NCBI GenBank assembly: GCA_910585755.1
Contig: CAJUFH010000007.1
Coordinates: 4,862 to 68,861, forward strand
Direction of reading: 5' to 3'
Source of the DNA: an uncultured Muribaculaceae bacterium
GTDB taxonomy: Bacteria; Bacteroidota; Bacteroidia; Bacteroidales; Muribaculaceae
DNA: 64,000 nt
Part shown: in pieces, positions 28,539 to 39,370 of the stretch
How positions within the stretch are numbered: position 1 is the first letter of the stretch
How the letters are laid out: the number at the start of each line of letters is the position of its first letter
Program-made: the position numbers and the translations under genes
The notes under the pieces: generated by a model
The model's database searches: none
The model's input: only the letters and a program-made list of their open reading frames with translations
Told to the model about the DNA's origin: nothing

Positions 28539-31500
28539 ATGTCTCTGACCTCTTTTTTAGGGAAAATTTTCGGAAACAAATCGCAGCGCGACCTGCGCGA
28601 AATCAAACCCATCGTAGATAAAATCAATGCTCTCGGCCCCGGCCTCAAGGAGCTTTCCAACGACCAGCTCCGCCATAAAATCGACGAGGTGCGCGCCGAC
28701 ATAGCCGCCTCCATAAAGGCCGACGAGGACGCCATAACCGAAATCCGCGGCCGCGTCGAAGACCTCCCCTTCGACCAGCGCCAGCCCCTCTGGGACGACA
28801 TCGACCGCCACGAGAAAAACATCCTCGACACCCTCGAGACCGAGCTTGAGAAGCATCTCCCGATAGTCTTCGCGACAATGCGCGAGACCGCCGCGCGCTT
28901 CGCAGCCAACGAGACGGTCGAAGTGACCGCGACCGACATGGACCGCGAGCTCGCCGCCCAGGGGCGCGACTTCGTAACCATCGAGGGGGACAAGGCCCTC
29001 TGGAAGAACCACTGGATGGCCGGCGGCAACGAAATCACCTGGGACATGGTACACTACGACGTGCAGCTCATCGGCGGCACGGTGCTGACCCAGGGCAAAA
29101 TCGCCGAAATGGCTACCGGCGAAGGCAAGACCCTCGTCGCGACCCTCCCGGTGTTCCTCCGCTCCCTCTCCAAGCGCGGCGTCCACGTCGTGACCGTCAA
29201 TGACTACCTCTCCAAGCGCGACTCCGAATGGATGGGCCCGCTCTACATGTTCCACGGCTCGACCGTCGACTGCATCGACAAGCACCGCCCCAACACCCCC
29301 GCGCGCCGCAAGGCTTACGAATGTGACATCACCTTCGGAACCAACAACGAGTTCGGTTTCGACTACCTCCGCGACAACATGGCCATGTCGCCCGCCGACA
29401 TGGTGCAGCGCAAGCACTACTACGCCATCGTCGACGAGGTCGACTCGGTGCTCATCGACGACGCCCGTACCCCGCTCATCATCTCCGGCCCGGTGCCCAA
29501 GGGTGACGACCAGATGTTCAACGAGTACAAGCCCAACGTCGAGAAAGTGTTCCAGGCGCAGCGCCGCCTCGTTACCCAGATTCTCTCCGAAGCCAAGGAG
29601 AAAATCAAGTCGGAGGACAAGGAGACCCGCAAGGAGGGGGAACTGCTCCTGTTCCGCGCCTACAAGGGACTTCCGAAATACGGCCCGCTGATCAAGTTCC
29701 TCAGCGAGGAGGGCATGAAGAACGCCCTTCTCAAGACCGAGGCCTACTACCTCCAGGACAACTCCCGCGAGATGCCGATTGTCACCGACCCCCTCTACTT
29801 CGTGATTGACGAGAAGAACCGCTCCGTAGAGCTGACCGACAAGGGGTTCGACGTGCTGACCGACCGCAACCAGGACCCGCAGTTCTTCGTGCTCCCCGAC
29901 ATCGCCGCCAAGCTCTCCGAGCTGGAGAACATCCCCGACGTCGCCGAGCGCCAGGAGAAGAAGGACGCCGCCATGGCCGACTACGCCGTCAAGGCCGAGC
30001 GCGTGCATACCGTAACCCAGCTTCTCAAAGCCTACACCCTCTTCGAGAAGGATAACGAATACGTCATCGACGACAACAAAATCAAGATTGTCGACGAGCA
30101 GACGGGACGTATCATGGAGGGACGCCGCTACTCCGACGGCCTCCACCAGGCCATCGAGGCCAAGGAGGGGGTCAAGGTAGAGGCAGCGACGCAGACCTTC
30201 GCGACCATCACCCTTCAGAACTACTTCCGTATGTACCACAAGCTCTCGGGCATGACCGGTACCGCCGAGACCGAGGCGGGGGAGCTGTGGGACATCTACA
30301 AACTCGACGTTGTCACCATCCCGACCAACCGCCCCGTGGCGCGCATCGACATGGACGACCGCGTCTACAAGACCAAGAAGGAGAAATACGCCGCCGTGAT
30401 CGAGGAAATCGTGCGTCTGCGCGACGCCGGGCGCCCCGTGCTCGTCGGCACCACCTCGGTTGAAATCTCCGAACTCCTCTACCGCATGCTGCAGATGCGC
30501 CACATCGACGCCCAGGTGCTCAACGCCAAGCTCCACCAGAAGGAGGCGCAGGTTGTCGCCCAGGCCGGCCGCGCCGGGACCGTCACCATCGCGACCAACA
30601 TGGCCGGCCGCGGTACCGACATCAAGCTCACCCCCGAGGTGAAGGAGGCCGGAGGTCTGGCAATCATCGGCACCGAGCGCCACGAAAGCCGCCGCGTCGA
30701 CCGCCAGCTCCGAGGGCGTTCGGGCCGCCAGGGTGACCCGGGCTCGTCGGTGTTCTACGTCTCGTTCGAAGACCAGCTCATGCGCCTGTTCGCGACGGAC
30801 CGCGTCATGAAGATGCTCGACACCCTCGGCCTCAAGGAGGGAGAGATGATCGAGAGCAAGATGGTTACCCGCGCGATCGAAAACGCCCAGAAGCGCGTCG
30901 AGGAGAACAACTTCGGCATCCGCAAGCGCCTGCTCGAATATGACGACGTCATGAACAAGCAGCGCACCTACATCTACAACCGCCGCCACCACGCCCTCCT
31001 GGGCGAGCGCGTCGGAATCGACATCGCCAACATGATGTACGACCTGATCGAGAACCTCGTCCAGCAGTACGACCAGGCCACCGACTTCGAGGAGCTGCAG
31101 CTCGAACTGATGCGCTCGCTGACCCTCGAGGCCCCCTTCACCGCCGAGGAGTTCACCAACATGTCGATGGAAGAGAAGGTCGAGAAGCTCTACGCCGCCG
31201 CCAACGAGACCCTCGACCGCCGCTCGCAGCGCATCACGGAGGTCGCCATGCCGGTAATCAAGGAGTGGGTGGAGAACCGCGGCGCGACGGGGCTGATCAT
31301 GGTCCCCGTCACCGACGGCAAGCGCATCTTCAACCTCCGCGCCGACATAACGGAGGCCTACAACACCCAGTGCCGCTCGATTGTCAAGGAATGGCACAAG
31401 GCGGTACTCCTGGTTACAATCGACGAACTCTGGAAGGAACACCTCCGCGAGCTCGACGACCTGCGGCAGAGCGTCCAGAACGCCTCCTACGAGCAGAAGG

Positions 31501-31949
31501 ACCCGCTGGTAATCTACAAGGTAGAGTCGTTCCACCTCTTCGAGCGTATGCTGAACAGCCTCAACTCCAAGACCCTCGCGGCCCTCATGCGCGGCCATAT
31601 CTTCGTGCAGGAGGCACCCCGCGCCTCCGACGCGACCCTCGAATCGGAGCAGAAGGCAGCCGCGGCCGATGAGAGCGCCGAGGCTCCCGCTCCCAAGCAG
31701 CAGGAGGCCCCGAAGGCGCAGCCGGAGGTGCGCCGCGCGATGCCCGAGCGCCCCAACGACTATTCGCAGTACACCGCCTCGAAGGAGGGTCTGCCCGGGG
31801 AGAACGCCAACCGCGCGGCAGCCGCCGGAGCCGGCCGCGGCCCGGTTCGCCCCCAGCCCGTCAAGGCCGCTCCCCGGGTGGGTCGCAACGACCCATGCCC
31901 CTGCGGTTCCGGCAAGAAGTTCAAGAACTGCCACGGCAGAAACGCCTGA
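28539..31949 (+). CDS. secA: Preprotein translocase ATPase SecA
   Basis: [53 protein letters not shown] motif [13 protein letters not shown]. Confidence 0.99.
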   Translation: MSLTSFLGKIFGNKSQRDLREIKPIVDKINALGPGLKELSNDQLRHKIDEVRADIAASIKADEDAITEIRGRVEDLPFDQRQPLWDDIDRHEKNILDTLETELEKHLPIVFATMRETAARFAANETVEVTATDMDRELAAQGRDFVTIEGDKALWKNHWMAGGNEITWDMVHYDVQLIGGTVLTQGKIAEMATGEGKTLVATLPVFLRSLSKRGVHVVTVNDYLSKRDSEWMGPLYMFHGSTVDCIDKHRPNTPARRKAYECDITFGTNNEFGFDYLRDNMAMSPADMVQRKHYYAIVDEVDSVLIDDARTPLIISGPVPKGDDQMFNEYKPNVEKVFQAQRRLVTQILSEAKEKIKSEDKETRKEGELLLFRAYKGLPKYGPLIKFLSEEGMKNALLKTEAYYLQDNSREMPIVTDPLYFVIDEKNRSVELTDKGFDVLTDRNQDPQFFVLPDIAAKLSELENIPDVAERQEKKDAAMADYAVKAERVHTVTQLLKAYTLFEKDNEYVIDDNKIKIVDEQTGRIMEGRRYSDGLHQAIEAKEGVKVEAATQTFATITLQNYFRMYHKLSGMTGTAETEAGELWDIYKLDVVTIPTNRPVARIDMDDRVYKTKKEKYAAVIEEIVRLRDAGRPVLVGTTSVEISELLYRMLQMRHIDAQVLNAKLHQKEAQVVAQAGRAGTVTIATNMAGRGTDIKLTPEVKEAGGLAIIGTERHESRRVDRQLRGRSGRQGDPGSSVFYVSFEDQLMRLFATDRVMKMLDTLGLKEGEMIESKMVTRAIENAQKRVEENNFGIRKRLLEYDDVMNKQRTYIYNRRHHALLGERVGIDIANMMYDLIENLVQQYDQATDFEELQLELMRSLTLEAPFTAEEFTNMSMEEKVEKLYAAANETLDRRSQRITEVAMPVIKEWVENRGATGLIMVPVTDGKRIFNLRADITEAYNTQCRSIVKEWHKAVLLVTIDELWKEHLRELDDLRQSVQNASYEQKDPLVIYKVESFHLFERMLNSLNSKTLAALMRGHIFVQEAPRASDATLESEQKAAAADESAEAPAPKQQEAPKAQPEVRRAMPERPNDYSQYTASKEGLPGENANRAAAAGAGRGPVRPQPVKAAPRVGRNDPCPCGSGKKFKNCHGRNA

Positions 31950-32034
31950 CGCGGACTCTGAACCAGGTATGAAAAGGCTTCCGCAGAAGCCGACAACTAT
32001 ATCCATAGACATTACGCTTTAGCTTTAATCATTT

Positions 32035-33243
32035 ATGGCTGAAACAAATAACAATCCCGGCGGACAGACGCTCAACGAGCGTCTGCGCCGCGCCGCGGAG
32101 ATGGCGCGCCGGCAGTCCGGCGAGCCACAGGAGACAGAAGGTCCGGCAGGAGGTTCGGCAGGAGGTCGGACAAGTCAGACAAGTCAGACAAGTCAGACGG
32201 GTCAGACTGGTCCGACAAGTCCGACGGCACCAGTCAATCCCCCGATGCCGCCGACACCTCCCAAAGCCGCCGAATCCGCGGCCCCCAGGGAGCCGCGCCG
32301 TCCGCGCCCGGTTGAGGAATACTATACCGAACCGCCCCGCAAGCCTCAGAAGAAGTCCAAGACGGCCCTCTGGCTCGGAATCCTGCTGGGTCTGGCGGTA
32401 GTGGCCCTCGCCTTCCTGTTCGTCAACAACAGCCGCCAGCAGGCGGAGCACGAGGAACAGCTCCAGCAGCTCCAGCTCGCCAACGAGCAGCTCCAGCTCG
32501 CCAACGAATACGAGAGCCTCAACAACGAGTTCGCCCAGTATGAGAACCAGACCTCCCTGCTGGCCAACGACTCGATCGTGCAGAAATACTCCGCTGCCCG
32601 CGCCCAGGTAGAGAAGCTCCTCCAGGAACTCAAAAACGAGAAGAACAAATCCGCCGCCCAGATTTCCAAGCTCAAAGGGGAAATCGCGACCCTGAAGGGG
32701 ATTCTGCGCACCTATGTCGAGCAGATTGACTCCCTGAGCAAGCAGAACCAGGCGCTGATGTCGGAAAACAAGGATATCAAGCAGCAGAACCAGCAGCTCG
32801 CCCAGACGGTGCAGTCGGTGCAGGCCAACAACAAGGTGCTCAACGAACGTATGACCCTGGCCGAAAAGCTCAACGTTACCGGCGTCACCCTCACCCCCCT
32901 CAACAAGAAGGGGAAGACGGAAAAGAACGTCACCAAGGCCCGCCAGCTCATGGTGACCTTCACCATCCCGCAGAACAATTCCACCCCGGTAGGTGAAAAG
33001 ACAATCTACTGCCGAATCACCAACCCTGAGGGGGAACTTCTCGGCAACGGCGGCTCCTTCTCCTTCGAGGGTGGCAACGTCGCATGCACTGCCCGCAAGA
33101 GTGTCGAATACGCCGGCGAGGAAATCGGCGGCATAAAGATTTACTGGGACGTTAACGCCACGCTGACCCCCGGCGAATACACCGTGGAGCTGTTCGCCGA
33201 CAACTACCGCCTCGCGTCGCGCCGCTTCACCCTCAAGAAGTAG
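32035..33243 (+). CDS. Single-TM coiled-coil protein with Pro-rich N-terminus and C-terminal beta-sandwich-like domain
   Basis: Low-complexity N-terminus, TM ALWLGILLGLAVVALAFLFV, long Q/K/E/L heptad region. Confidence 0.8.
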   Translation: MAETNNNPGGQTLNERLRRAAEMARRQSGEPQETEGPAGGSAGGRTSQTSQTSQTGQTGPTSPTAPVNPPMPPTPPKAAESAAPREPRRPRPVEEYYTEPPRKPQKKSKTALWLGILLGLAVVALAFLFVNNSRQQAEHEEQLQQLQLANEQLQLANEYESLNNEFAQYENQTSLLANDSIVQKYSAARAQVEKLLQELKNEKNKSAAQISKLKGEIATLKGILRTYVEQIDSLSKQNQALMSENKDIKQQNQQLAQTVQSVQANNKVLNERMTLAEKLNVTGVTLTPLNKKGKTEKNVTKARQLMVTFTIPQNNSTPVGEKTIYCRITNPEGELLGNGGSFSFEGGNVACTARKSVEYAGEEIGGIKIYWDVNATLTPGEYTVELFADNYRLASRRFTLKK

Positions 33244-33339
33244 AGTCAGTAGATTGTCAGGCCTGACGCGGCACGCCGCGTCCCTACACAAAATCAGCGA
33301 CTCTGTAACATCCTCCAAAAAACAATACCTGTTCATATC

Positions 33340-35892
33340 ATGAAAATCAAACTGTTACTGTGCTTGCTGCCGTGTTTAGCGGCGGCAAGCGCCGTTTCCG
33401 CCCATACCCTGCGCTACGACCGCCCGGCGGACCACTGGGTAGAGGCCCTTCCGCTGGGCAACGGGCGCCTGGGAGCGATGGTCTACGGGGGCGTGGCCTC
33501 CGACACCATCCAGCTCAACGAGGACACCTTCTGGAGCGGGTCCCCCTACAACAACACCAACCCGAAGGCTCTCGCCGCGCTCCCGGAAATCCGGGCTGCG
33601 ATTGACCGCGGGGATTACGCCCGGGCGCAGTTCCTGGCAATGCACAACATCACCGCGGACAAAGACATCACCGCCCACGGAATGATGTACGAATCGGTCG
33701 GGCACCTGGTGCTGACCTTCCCGGAATACTCCGTCGCAGGTTACTCGCGCACCCTCTCGCTCGACGACGCTGTAGCCGAGGTATCTTTCTCTACCGTCGA
33801 CGGCACGGACTACACCAGGGAGTATGCAGCCTCGCTGGCAGACTCCCTGATTATGATCCGCCTGAAGTCGTCGCGGAAAGGGGGGCTTGACTTCGGCCTC
33901 TCTTTCGCCTCGCCGGAAAAACGGGTCGCGGCGACCCCGCGCCTTGTCGCTCCGGGGGAGCTGATGGTAACCAGCCGCCCTGTCGAGGCAACCGCCGAGA
34001 ATATCCCCAACCTGCTCCGCTGCGCGACCACTATCCGCGTTATCCCGCTTGGAGGGAAAATGACCTCGCAAGACACCGGAATCAGCGTCGCGGGGGCCGA
34101 CGAGGCTCTGATTCTCGTCTCCTCGGCGACGAACTTCAACCGCTACGACGACATCTCCGGGGATGCGGAATCAAAGGCCCGCGGCCCCGTTAACCGCGTC
34201 CTGTCGGCTGAAAGCCCGCAAGGATGGTACGCCGGAGCACTCAAACGCCACAAAGAGGCATACCACAGCTATTTCGACCGGGTCACCCTCGATCTGGGGC
34301 ACAACCCCGCGCAGGAGGCCAAGACTACCGACCGCCGCATCGCGGAGTTCGCCGACAGCCGCGACCCGGGGCTGGCAGCCGACTATTTCCAGTTCGGCCG
34401 CTACCTGCTGATCTGCTCCTCCCAGCCCGGAACACAGCCCGCCAACCTGCAGGGGATCTGGAACCCTGACGCCGGTCCGTACCCGGCCTGGGACTCAAAA
34501 TACACGACCAACATCAACGTCGAGATGAACTACTGGCCTGCGGAGGTAGCGAACCTCAGCGAATGTCACGAGCCTTTCCTGCAAATGGTTCGCGACGTCA
34601 GCCATACCGGGCGGCAGACAGCCCGCGAGATGTACGGCGCGAGGGGGTGGACCCTCCACCACAACACCGACATCTGGCGCTCCACCGGGGCGGTAGACTA
34701 CGCGTCGTGCTCCGTATGGCCCACCTGCAACGCCTGGTTCTGCTCTCATCTGTGGGAACGCTATCTCTTCTCCGGCGACCTCCGTTTCCTCGAAGAGGCG
34801 TATCCGGTAATGGCGGAGGCGTCGCGGTTCTACCTCGACTTCCTCGTCAGGGAGCCGCGGACAGGTTATCTCGTTGCCTCCCCCTCGAACTCACCCGAAA
34901 ACAATCCCGGCAAGGGGAAATATTTCGACTCGATTTTCCAAAAGGAGCAGAAACCGGCGATTTTCGCGGGAGTGGCGATGGATAACCAGATGATTTACGA
35001 CCTTCTGCTCAACACATCCCGCGCCGCGGAAATCCTTGGCAAGGACCGGGCTTTCGCCGACTCGCTCGACAGGGTCCGCGCCCAGCTCCCGCCGATTATG
35101 GCGGGGAAGTACGGGCAGCTCCAGGAATGGCTCGACGACTGGGACCGCGAGAAATCGGGCCACCGACATGTCTCGCACCTGTGGGGCCTGTACCCCGGGC
35201 GCATGGTCGCGCCGCGGCTTAACCCGGAAGCGGCGGGAGCCGCCCGCAAGTCGCTCGACGGGCGCGGCGACGCGTCGCGCGGGTGGTCGATGGGATGGAA
35301 GGTGTGCCTTTGGGCGCGCCTTCTCGACGGCAACCGCGCCTACCGCCTGATTTCCAACCAACTGAGACTTAAAGACCCGCTGGCTACAATCCGCGACCAG
35401 GACGGGGGCACTTACGCCAATATGTTTGACGCGCATCCCCCCTTCCAGATTGACGGCAACTTCGGCTGCTGCGCCGGAATCGCCGAAATGCTCTTGCAGA
35501 GCCACGACGGGGCCGTCACGCTCCTCCCGGCGCTTCCCGACGCGTGGCCCGAAGGGCGCGTCAGCGGGCTTCGCGCCCGCGGCGGCTTCGAAATCGCCGA
35601 CCTTGCCTGGAAGGATGGGCGTCTCACCTCCGTGACAGTCCGCTCTACCCTCGGCCTTCCGCTGCGCCTGCGCTCCGCGGTGCCCCTCGCACGGGCATCC
35701 GCGGGAAATTCGCCGCAAGCCCTGAAACCGGCCGAAGGCGCTTGCCCGAACCCCCTCCTCGCGCCTTATGAGGCTCCCGGATTCGAGGCAAAAGCCCCCG
35801 AACGGATAGTACCCGCGGAAGCCCCCGCGGCGTTCCTCTACGACATCCCGACCTCCGCCGGGGAGCTGATCACCCTCCTTCCCGCCGAGTAA
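33340..35892 (+). CDS. GH95 alpha-L-fucosidase-like glycoside hydrolase
   Basis: [62 protein letters not shown]. Confidence 0.95.
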   Translation: MKIKLLLCLLPCLAAASAVSAHTLRYDRPADHWVEALPLGNGRLGAMVYGGVASDTIQLNEDTFWSGSPYNNTNPKALAALPEIRAAIDRGDYARAQFLAMHNITADKDITAHGMMYESVGHLVLTFPEYSVAGYSRTLSLDDAVAEVSFSTVDGTDYTREYAASLADSLIMIRLKSSRKGGLDFGLSFASPEKRVAATPRLVAPGELMVTSRPVEATAENIPNLLRCATTIRVIPLGGKMTSQDTGISVAGADEALILVSSATNFNRYDDISGDAESKARGPVNRVLSAESPQGWYAGALKRHKEAYHSYFDRVTLDLGHNPAQEAKTTDRRIAEFADSRDPGLAADYFQFGRYLLICSSQPGTQPANLQGIWNPDAGPYPAWDSKYTTNINVEMNYWPAEVANLSECHEPFLQMVRDVSHTGRQTAREMYGARGWTLHHNTDIWRSTGAVDYASCSVWPTCNAWFCSHLWERYLFSGDLRFLEEAYPVMAEASRFYLDFLVREPRTGYLVASPSNSPENNPGKGKYFDSIFQKEQKPAIFAGVAMDNQMIYDLLLNTSRAAEILGKDRAFADSLDRVRAQLPPIMAGKYGQLQEWLDDWDREKSGHRHVSHLWGLYPGRMVAPRLNPEAAGAARKSLDGRGDASRGWSMGWKVCLWARLLDGNRAYRLISNQLRLKDPLATIRDQDGGTYANMFDAHPPFQIDGNFGCCAGIAEMLLQSHDGAVTLLPALPDAWPEGRVSGLRARGGFEIADLAWKDGRLTSVTVRSTLGLPLRLRSAVPLARASAGNSPQALKPAEGACPNPLLAPYEAPGFEAKAPERIVPAEAPAAFLYDIPTSAGELITLLPAE

Positions 35893-36052
35893 CGCGAAGT
35901 TACGCTCCGCGAGCCTCCTCCCGTATGCGATAACGCAACAAAAAATCTGACAGCACCCTCCCATCCGGGTACGAAAAGCGCTGTGTCATTTATTTTGACA
36001 CAGCGCAATTTTTTGCTCGGCGTATGCCTCGCCACGGTTGGCGGCGGAGGGA

Positions 36053-39000
36053 TTAGCGGAGGAGTTTGTCGGTGGTGGTGCGGCCGTCGGAGTAGAGGGT
36101 GCGGCGGATTGTGATGCCGTCGGCGGGAGAGGCGAGGCGGCGGCCGTCAACGGTGTAGTATTCGACGGAAACGACTCCGGCAGCCGATACGGCGGCCTCG
36201 TCTACGGAGCTGGTATTGAACTTGACGCGGAACTTCGGAGTGGGGGGGCACTGGAGCGAACTGCGGTCCGTGGTCGACGCGAAGCATCTGTCGAGGTTGA
36301 ATTCCGCGTTCTCAGCGTCATAGGTGCCGAGAACAGAGTCAACCGACCATCCGTCGCCCTGCAACGCGCCGGACTCGATAGCGTTAGCCATCAGGCAGAG
36401 GTATATGGCTTTGTCGGCGGTCAACCACCATCCTGTAAACCAGAATATGTCGCCGGTCCGCTGTCCGCCTAAGTCCCGGGCTACGAATACTTTCGAGGGG
36501 TCGGTAGCGTTAATCACAAAGGGATAGTCCGAAGAGGTGTTCACATACGAGTCGCATACGCCAGTCCACTTCATGCCGCCCAAAGGCTCAGGCACGCAAT
36601 ATATCCCCGCTTCGGTAGGATGGGCGAAAATCTCGGCCTCGCAGGAGGATTCGCTCCCCTCGGCAACAACGTCGCTGACGATATTCTCCGTGACGGTGAC
36701 GGTCCCGACGGGACGCCAGTTGTCGAAAATATAGGGGTCGGTAGCGACGTCGTATGTGAAGTCAATCCAAGTCCGATCCGGACCCAGGCTGCCGAGCTGG
36801 TCGCCGGAATGCGATTCGTAAATCATAACGACCAATCCCAGATTGGAAAAGTCGACCTTCTCAATCGAGCCGTCGTCACCCCGCGTAATCCAGCCGTAGT
36901 TACCGGCGGAATGGTCGCAGCCGTTCATGACGCGGAGCTGCCATGTGCTCTCTTCGTTAACGGGGATTTCAATGCCGGTCATCATCTCTCCGGTGCATCT
37001 CGCGCCAGACAGGCTGTTGGTCAGCAGGGGATAATCGCCGCGAAGGTCGAGCACGAAGGGGTCGGCGACCTCGGAGTCAAAAGTCCCGTTAACCCCCAGG
37101 GAAGCGAAGGCCAGATTATAGTAATTGGGAAGGAGGTAAACTCCCTCGGCATCGGGGTTCTCGAGGATTTCAACGTTGAACGAGACGGTCGGTTTGGACT
37201 GGTAGATACTGCCTACGATTCCGTCGCAGACCTTCACTGTACCCGCGTTACGCCATTCCGAAAGGGGGCGGGTCTTGCTGATTACCTGTGGCACAAAGAA
37301 CGCGCTGTGGGCGTTGCCGTTGGCGTCGCGTCCGACGGCGGCAAGCACCCAGTTGCCGTAGCCGACTTCCTCTTCGGGAATCGAGAGGGTAAGGGACGAA
37401 GCGCCGTTGGTCGCTACGTTGCGGACGCTGAAGCCGGTAGCGGCACTTTTGCGGACTCTCGAGGGGCCGGAGGCATCGGCGAAGGCGTCGGGGACGCGCT
37501 CGGGGAAGTTGCGGTTCTCCTTGTAGTAGCTTTCCGGCACCAGAGCGTAGTCAACAGAAACGATGTTGGGGGAGACGTTGCTCAGGAGGCTGTTATACGC
37601 GGTTCCGTCGGAGGTCACGGCGGGTTCTGCCTTAATGTCGTAATCGACATATCCGGGAAGCTCGACGGTAATTTCAAAGTCATCGCCATACGAGCTCCCG
37701 ATGGAGGAAGAATTACGGGGAATCGTCAGGCGGTTGTCGGCGAACTTGCCCCACAGACAAACCTCGAGGCTGTCGATTTTGCCGACGGTGTTGCCATCTT
37801 CGAGCATAGTACCGGCCTCGCTGTAGAAGGCCATTTGCGCGTAGCCATTGTTTTTCAACCCGGTAAGGGTCTCGCAGAGGCGGACGCGGGAGGGGTCGCT
37901 GATGTCGAATACCATATAGAAATCATCGCTCTTCGCTTCGGGGTAATTCTCGATCAGCTTTGAATAGGCAGGGTGTTCCGGGCCGAAGGGGTTCTTCACG
38001 CATAGCAGCGAGCCGTCGGTTGTCATCTCCAGTTCGGGAGTGCTTGCGAACGGGGTTTTTACCGGGGCACCGTCAACCATAATCTCATTGTAGGCGTCAG
38101 GGGTATAGCCGTTATAAACGGCGTCCTCGACCATCCGTCCGCGTCCGAGGCTGTTCCAGGGGGTGTTATAACCGTAATGGAAGTTGTAGTTGTAATACAC
38201 ATTGGCAACCTGGTAAGATCCGATAACACGGTCGTCGGCTCCGAAGGGGATAACGATATAGCCCGACTGAATCGCAGACATTCCCCAGGGGCTCAGCGTG
38301 AAGGAGTCGCCGGTATAGTCGGTATAGACATTCGGCGCATAAACCGGTTCCTTTGCGAAGTAGGCTGACAGATCATCGTAACTCATCGGATTCTCGTTGC
38401 TGACTACGCGGTACCAGGCGACGTTTGAGGAACGGTCGACATTCACGGTCAGGGAGGTAGCCGTGCTGGGGATGAAGTGGTTGGTCTCCAGCGAGAACTT
38501 TACCTCCTGCGCTCCATCCATAATCAGAACGGAGGAGCCGCAGTTATAACCGGAATTGTCAACTATCAGGAAGAAAATCGACTTGAAATCTATTTTTTTC
38601 GCAGACGGATAGTAATATCCCCTTACTGACAGCATGATGTTATCGTTGTAGCCGGGAGTGTTGAGAGGGATGGCGGTCGACTGGGGTTCCGGGGCAAAGT
38701 AGCCGGTCCGGGTATCGTAAGGGAGGAGGATGTCGACCCCTCCGAAGATGTTCCGCAGACGCAGTTCCCCTTTGGTCTCGTCGGACTGCGAGAGACGCCC
38801 TTCGATTGCGAATGGCTGGGTGAACTCAGGCATGGATGTGTTGAGCCAGCCGCACTGGAGCGTCCACGTATCAATCAGGTTCTGGTCGAAGGAGGCGGTT
38901 CCGATCTGCTCCCAGGCAGACCACTGCTCGTCGGCGGTCTTCGCGGCTGAGCGTTTGGCGGCGGGGATGTCGGCCTGGACCATCCGCGGGGCGTCGGCGG

Positions 39001-39112
39001 CGAGCTTGACCGGCTTCAGCAGGTCGGGCGAGGGAGCCGGGGCACCGCTCGCAGGCGCGGCTAAGGCAACAGCGGCGGCCGCGATTGTAAGCATCGAGTA
39101 GAATTTATTCAT
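36053..39112 (-). CDS. Large secreted surface protein (1019 aa) with repeated beta-rich domains and T9SS-type tail
   Basis: Signal peptide; four W-x2-(I/L/A/V)-G domain starts; tail VEYYTVDGRRL..TTTDKLLR. Confidence 0.82.
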   Translation of the reverse strand: MNKFYSMLTIAAAAVALAAPASGAPAPSPDLLKPVKLAADAPRMVQADIPAAKRSAAKTADEQWSAWEQIGTASFDQNLIDTWTLQCGWLNTSMPEFTQPFAIEGRLSQSDETKGELRLRNIFGGVDILLPYDTRTGYFAPEPQSTAIPLNTPGYNDNIMLSVRGYYYPSAKKIDFKSIFFLIVDNSGYNCGSSVLIMDGAQEVKFSLETNHFIPSTATSLTVNVDRSSNVAWYRVVSNENPMSYDDLSAYFAKEPVYAPNVYTDYTGDSFTLSPWGMSAIQSGYIVIPFGADDRVIGSYQVANVYYNYNFHYGYNTPWNSLGRGRMVEDAVYNGYTPDAYNEIMVDGAPVKTPFASTPELEMTTDGSLLCVKNPFGPEHPAYSKLIENYPEAKSDDFYMVFDISDPSRVRLCETLTGLKNNGYAQMAFYSEAGTMLEDGNTVGKIDSLEVCLWGKFADNRLTIPRNSSSIGSSYGDDFEITVELPGYVDYDIKAEPAVTSDGTAYNSLLSNVSPNIVSVDYALVPESYYKENRNFPERVPDAFADASGPSRVRKSAATGFSVRNVATNGASSLTLSIPEEEVGYGNWVLAAVGRDANGNAHSAFFVPQVISKTRPLSEWRNAGTVKVCDGIVGSIYQSKPTVSFNVEILENPDAEGVYLLPNYYNLAFASLGVNGTFDSEVADPFVLDLRGDYPLLTNSLSGARCTGEMMTGIEIPVNEESTWQLRVMNGCDHSAGNYGWITRGDDGSIEKVDFSNLGLVVMIYESHSGDQLGSLGPDRTWIDFTYDVATDPYIFDNWRPVGTVTVTENIVSDVVAEGSESSCEAEIFAHPTEAGIYCVPEPLGGMKWTGVCDSYVNTSSDYPFVINATDPSKVFVARDLGGQRTGDIFWFTGWWLTADKAIYLCLMANAIESGALQGDGWSVDSVLGTYDAENAEFNLDRCFASTTDRSSLQCPPTPKFRVKFNTSSVDEAAVSAAGVVSVEYYTVDGRRLASPADGITIRRTLYSDGRTTTDKLLR

Positions 39113-39175
39113 TATAATGGTTTAAAATGTGTGATAACAGATTGTGCGCGGGAACAGCATATTGATTTGCAAATG

Positions 39176-39230
39176 CAAATTTACGCGAAAAGAGCGTGTT
39201 TTACCCCCCCCGATTGTTAAAATATGTTAA
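39176..39230 (-). promoter_or_regulatory. Promoter with TTAAC direct repeat, G8 tract and -7 box TAAATTTG
   Basis: On the + strand: CAAATTTA 39176-39183, TTTTA, C8 39204-39211, GTTAA 39216 and 39226. Confidence 0.7.
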
Positions 39231-39370
39231 CGCAGAGGCCGTTGCCATCCAGCGACATAAACAACGCGCCTTCGGCGCTCCGCGGGGAGGGCCAAAGGCG
39301 CGGGAAGGAGGAAGCTCGGCGTATGCCTCGCCACGGTTGGGCGGAGGGGGGGAGGGCTGGCGGAGGGGGA

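Noticed and set aside
28557..32012. 1151-aa antisense ORF over secA, and similar long shadow ORFs (e.g. 9243-11048, 12592-14088, 20780-22723, 54161-55717)
   Set aside because: They mirror well-identified genes and are expected from strong C-ending codon bias at high GC; no recognisable motifs.
35895..35902. Antisense TAACTTCG promoter at the end of the GH95 gene
   Set aside because: It is part of a small hairpin (GAGTAAC-GCGAA-GTTACGCTC) with no downstream gene; more likely a structural repeat.
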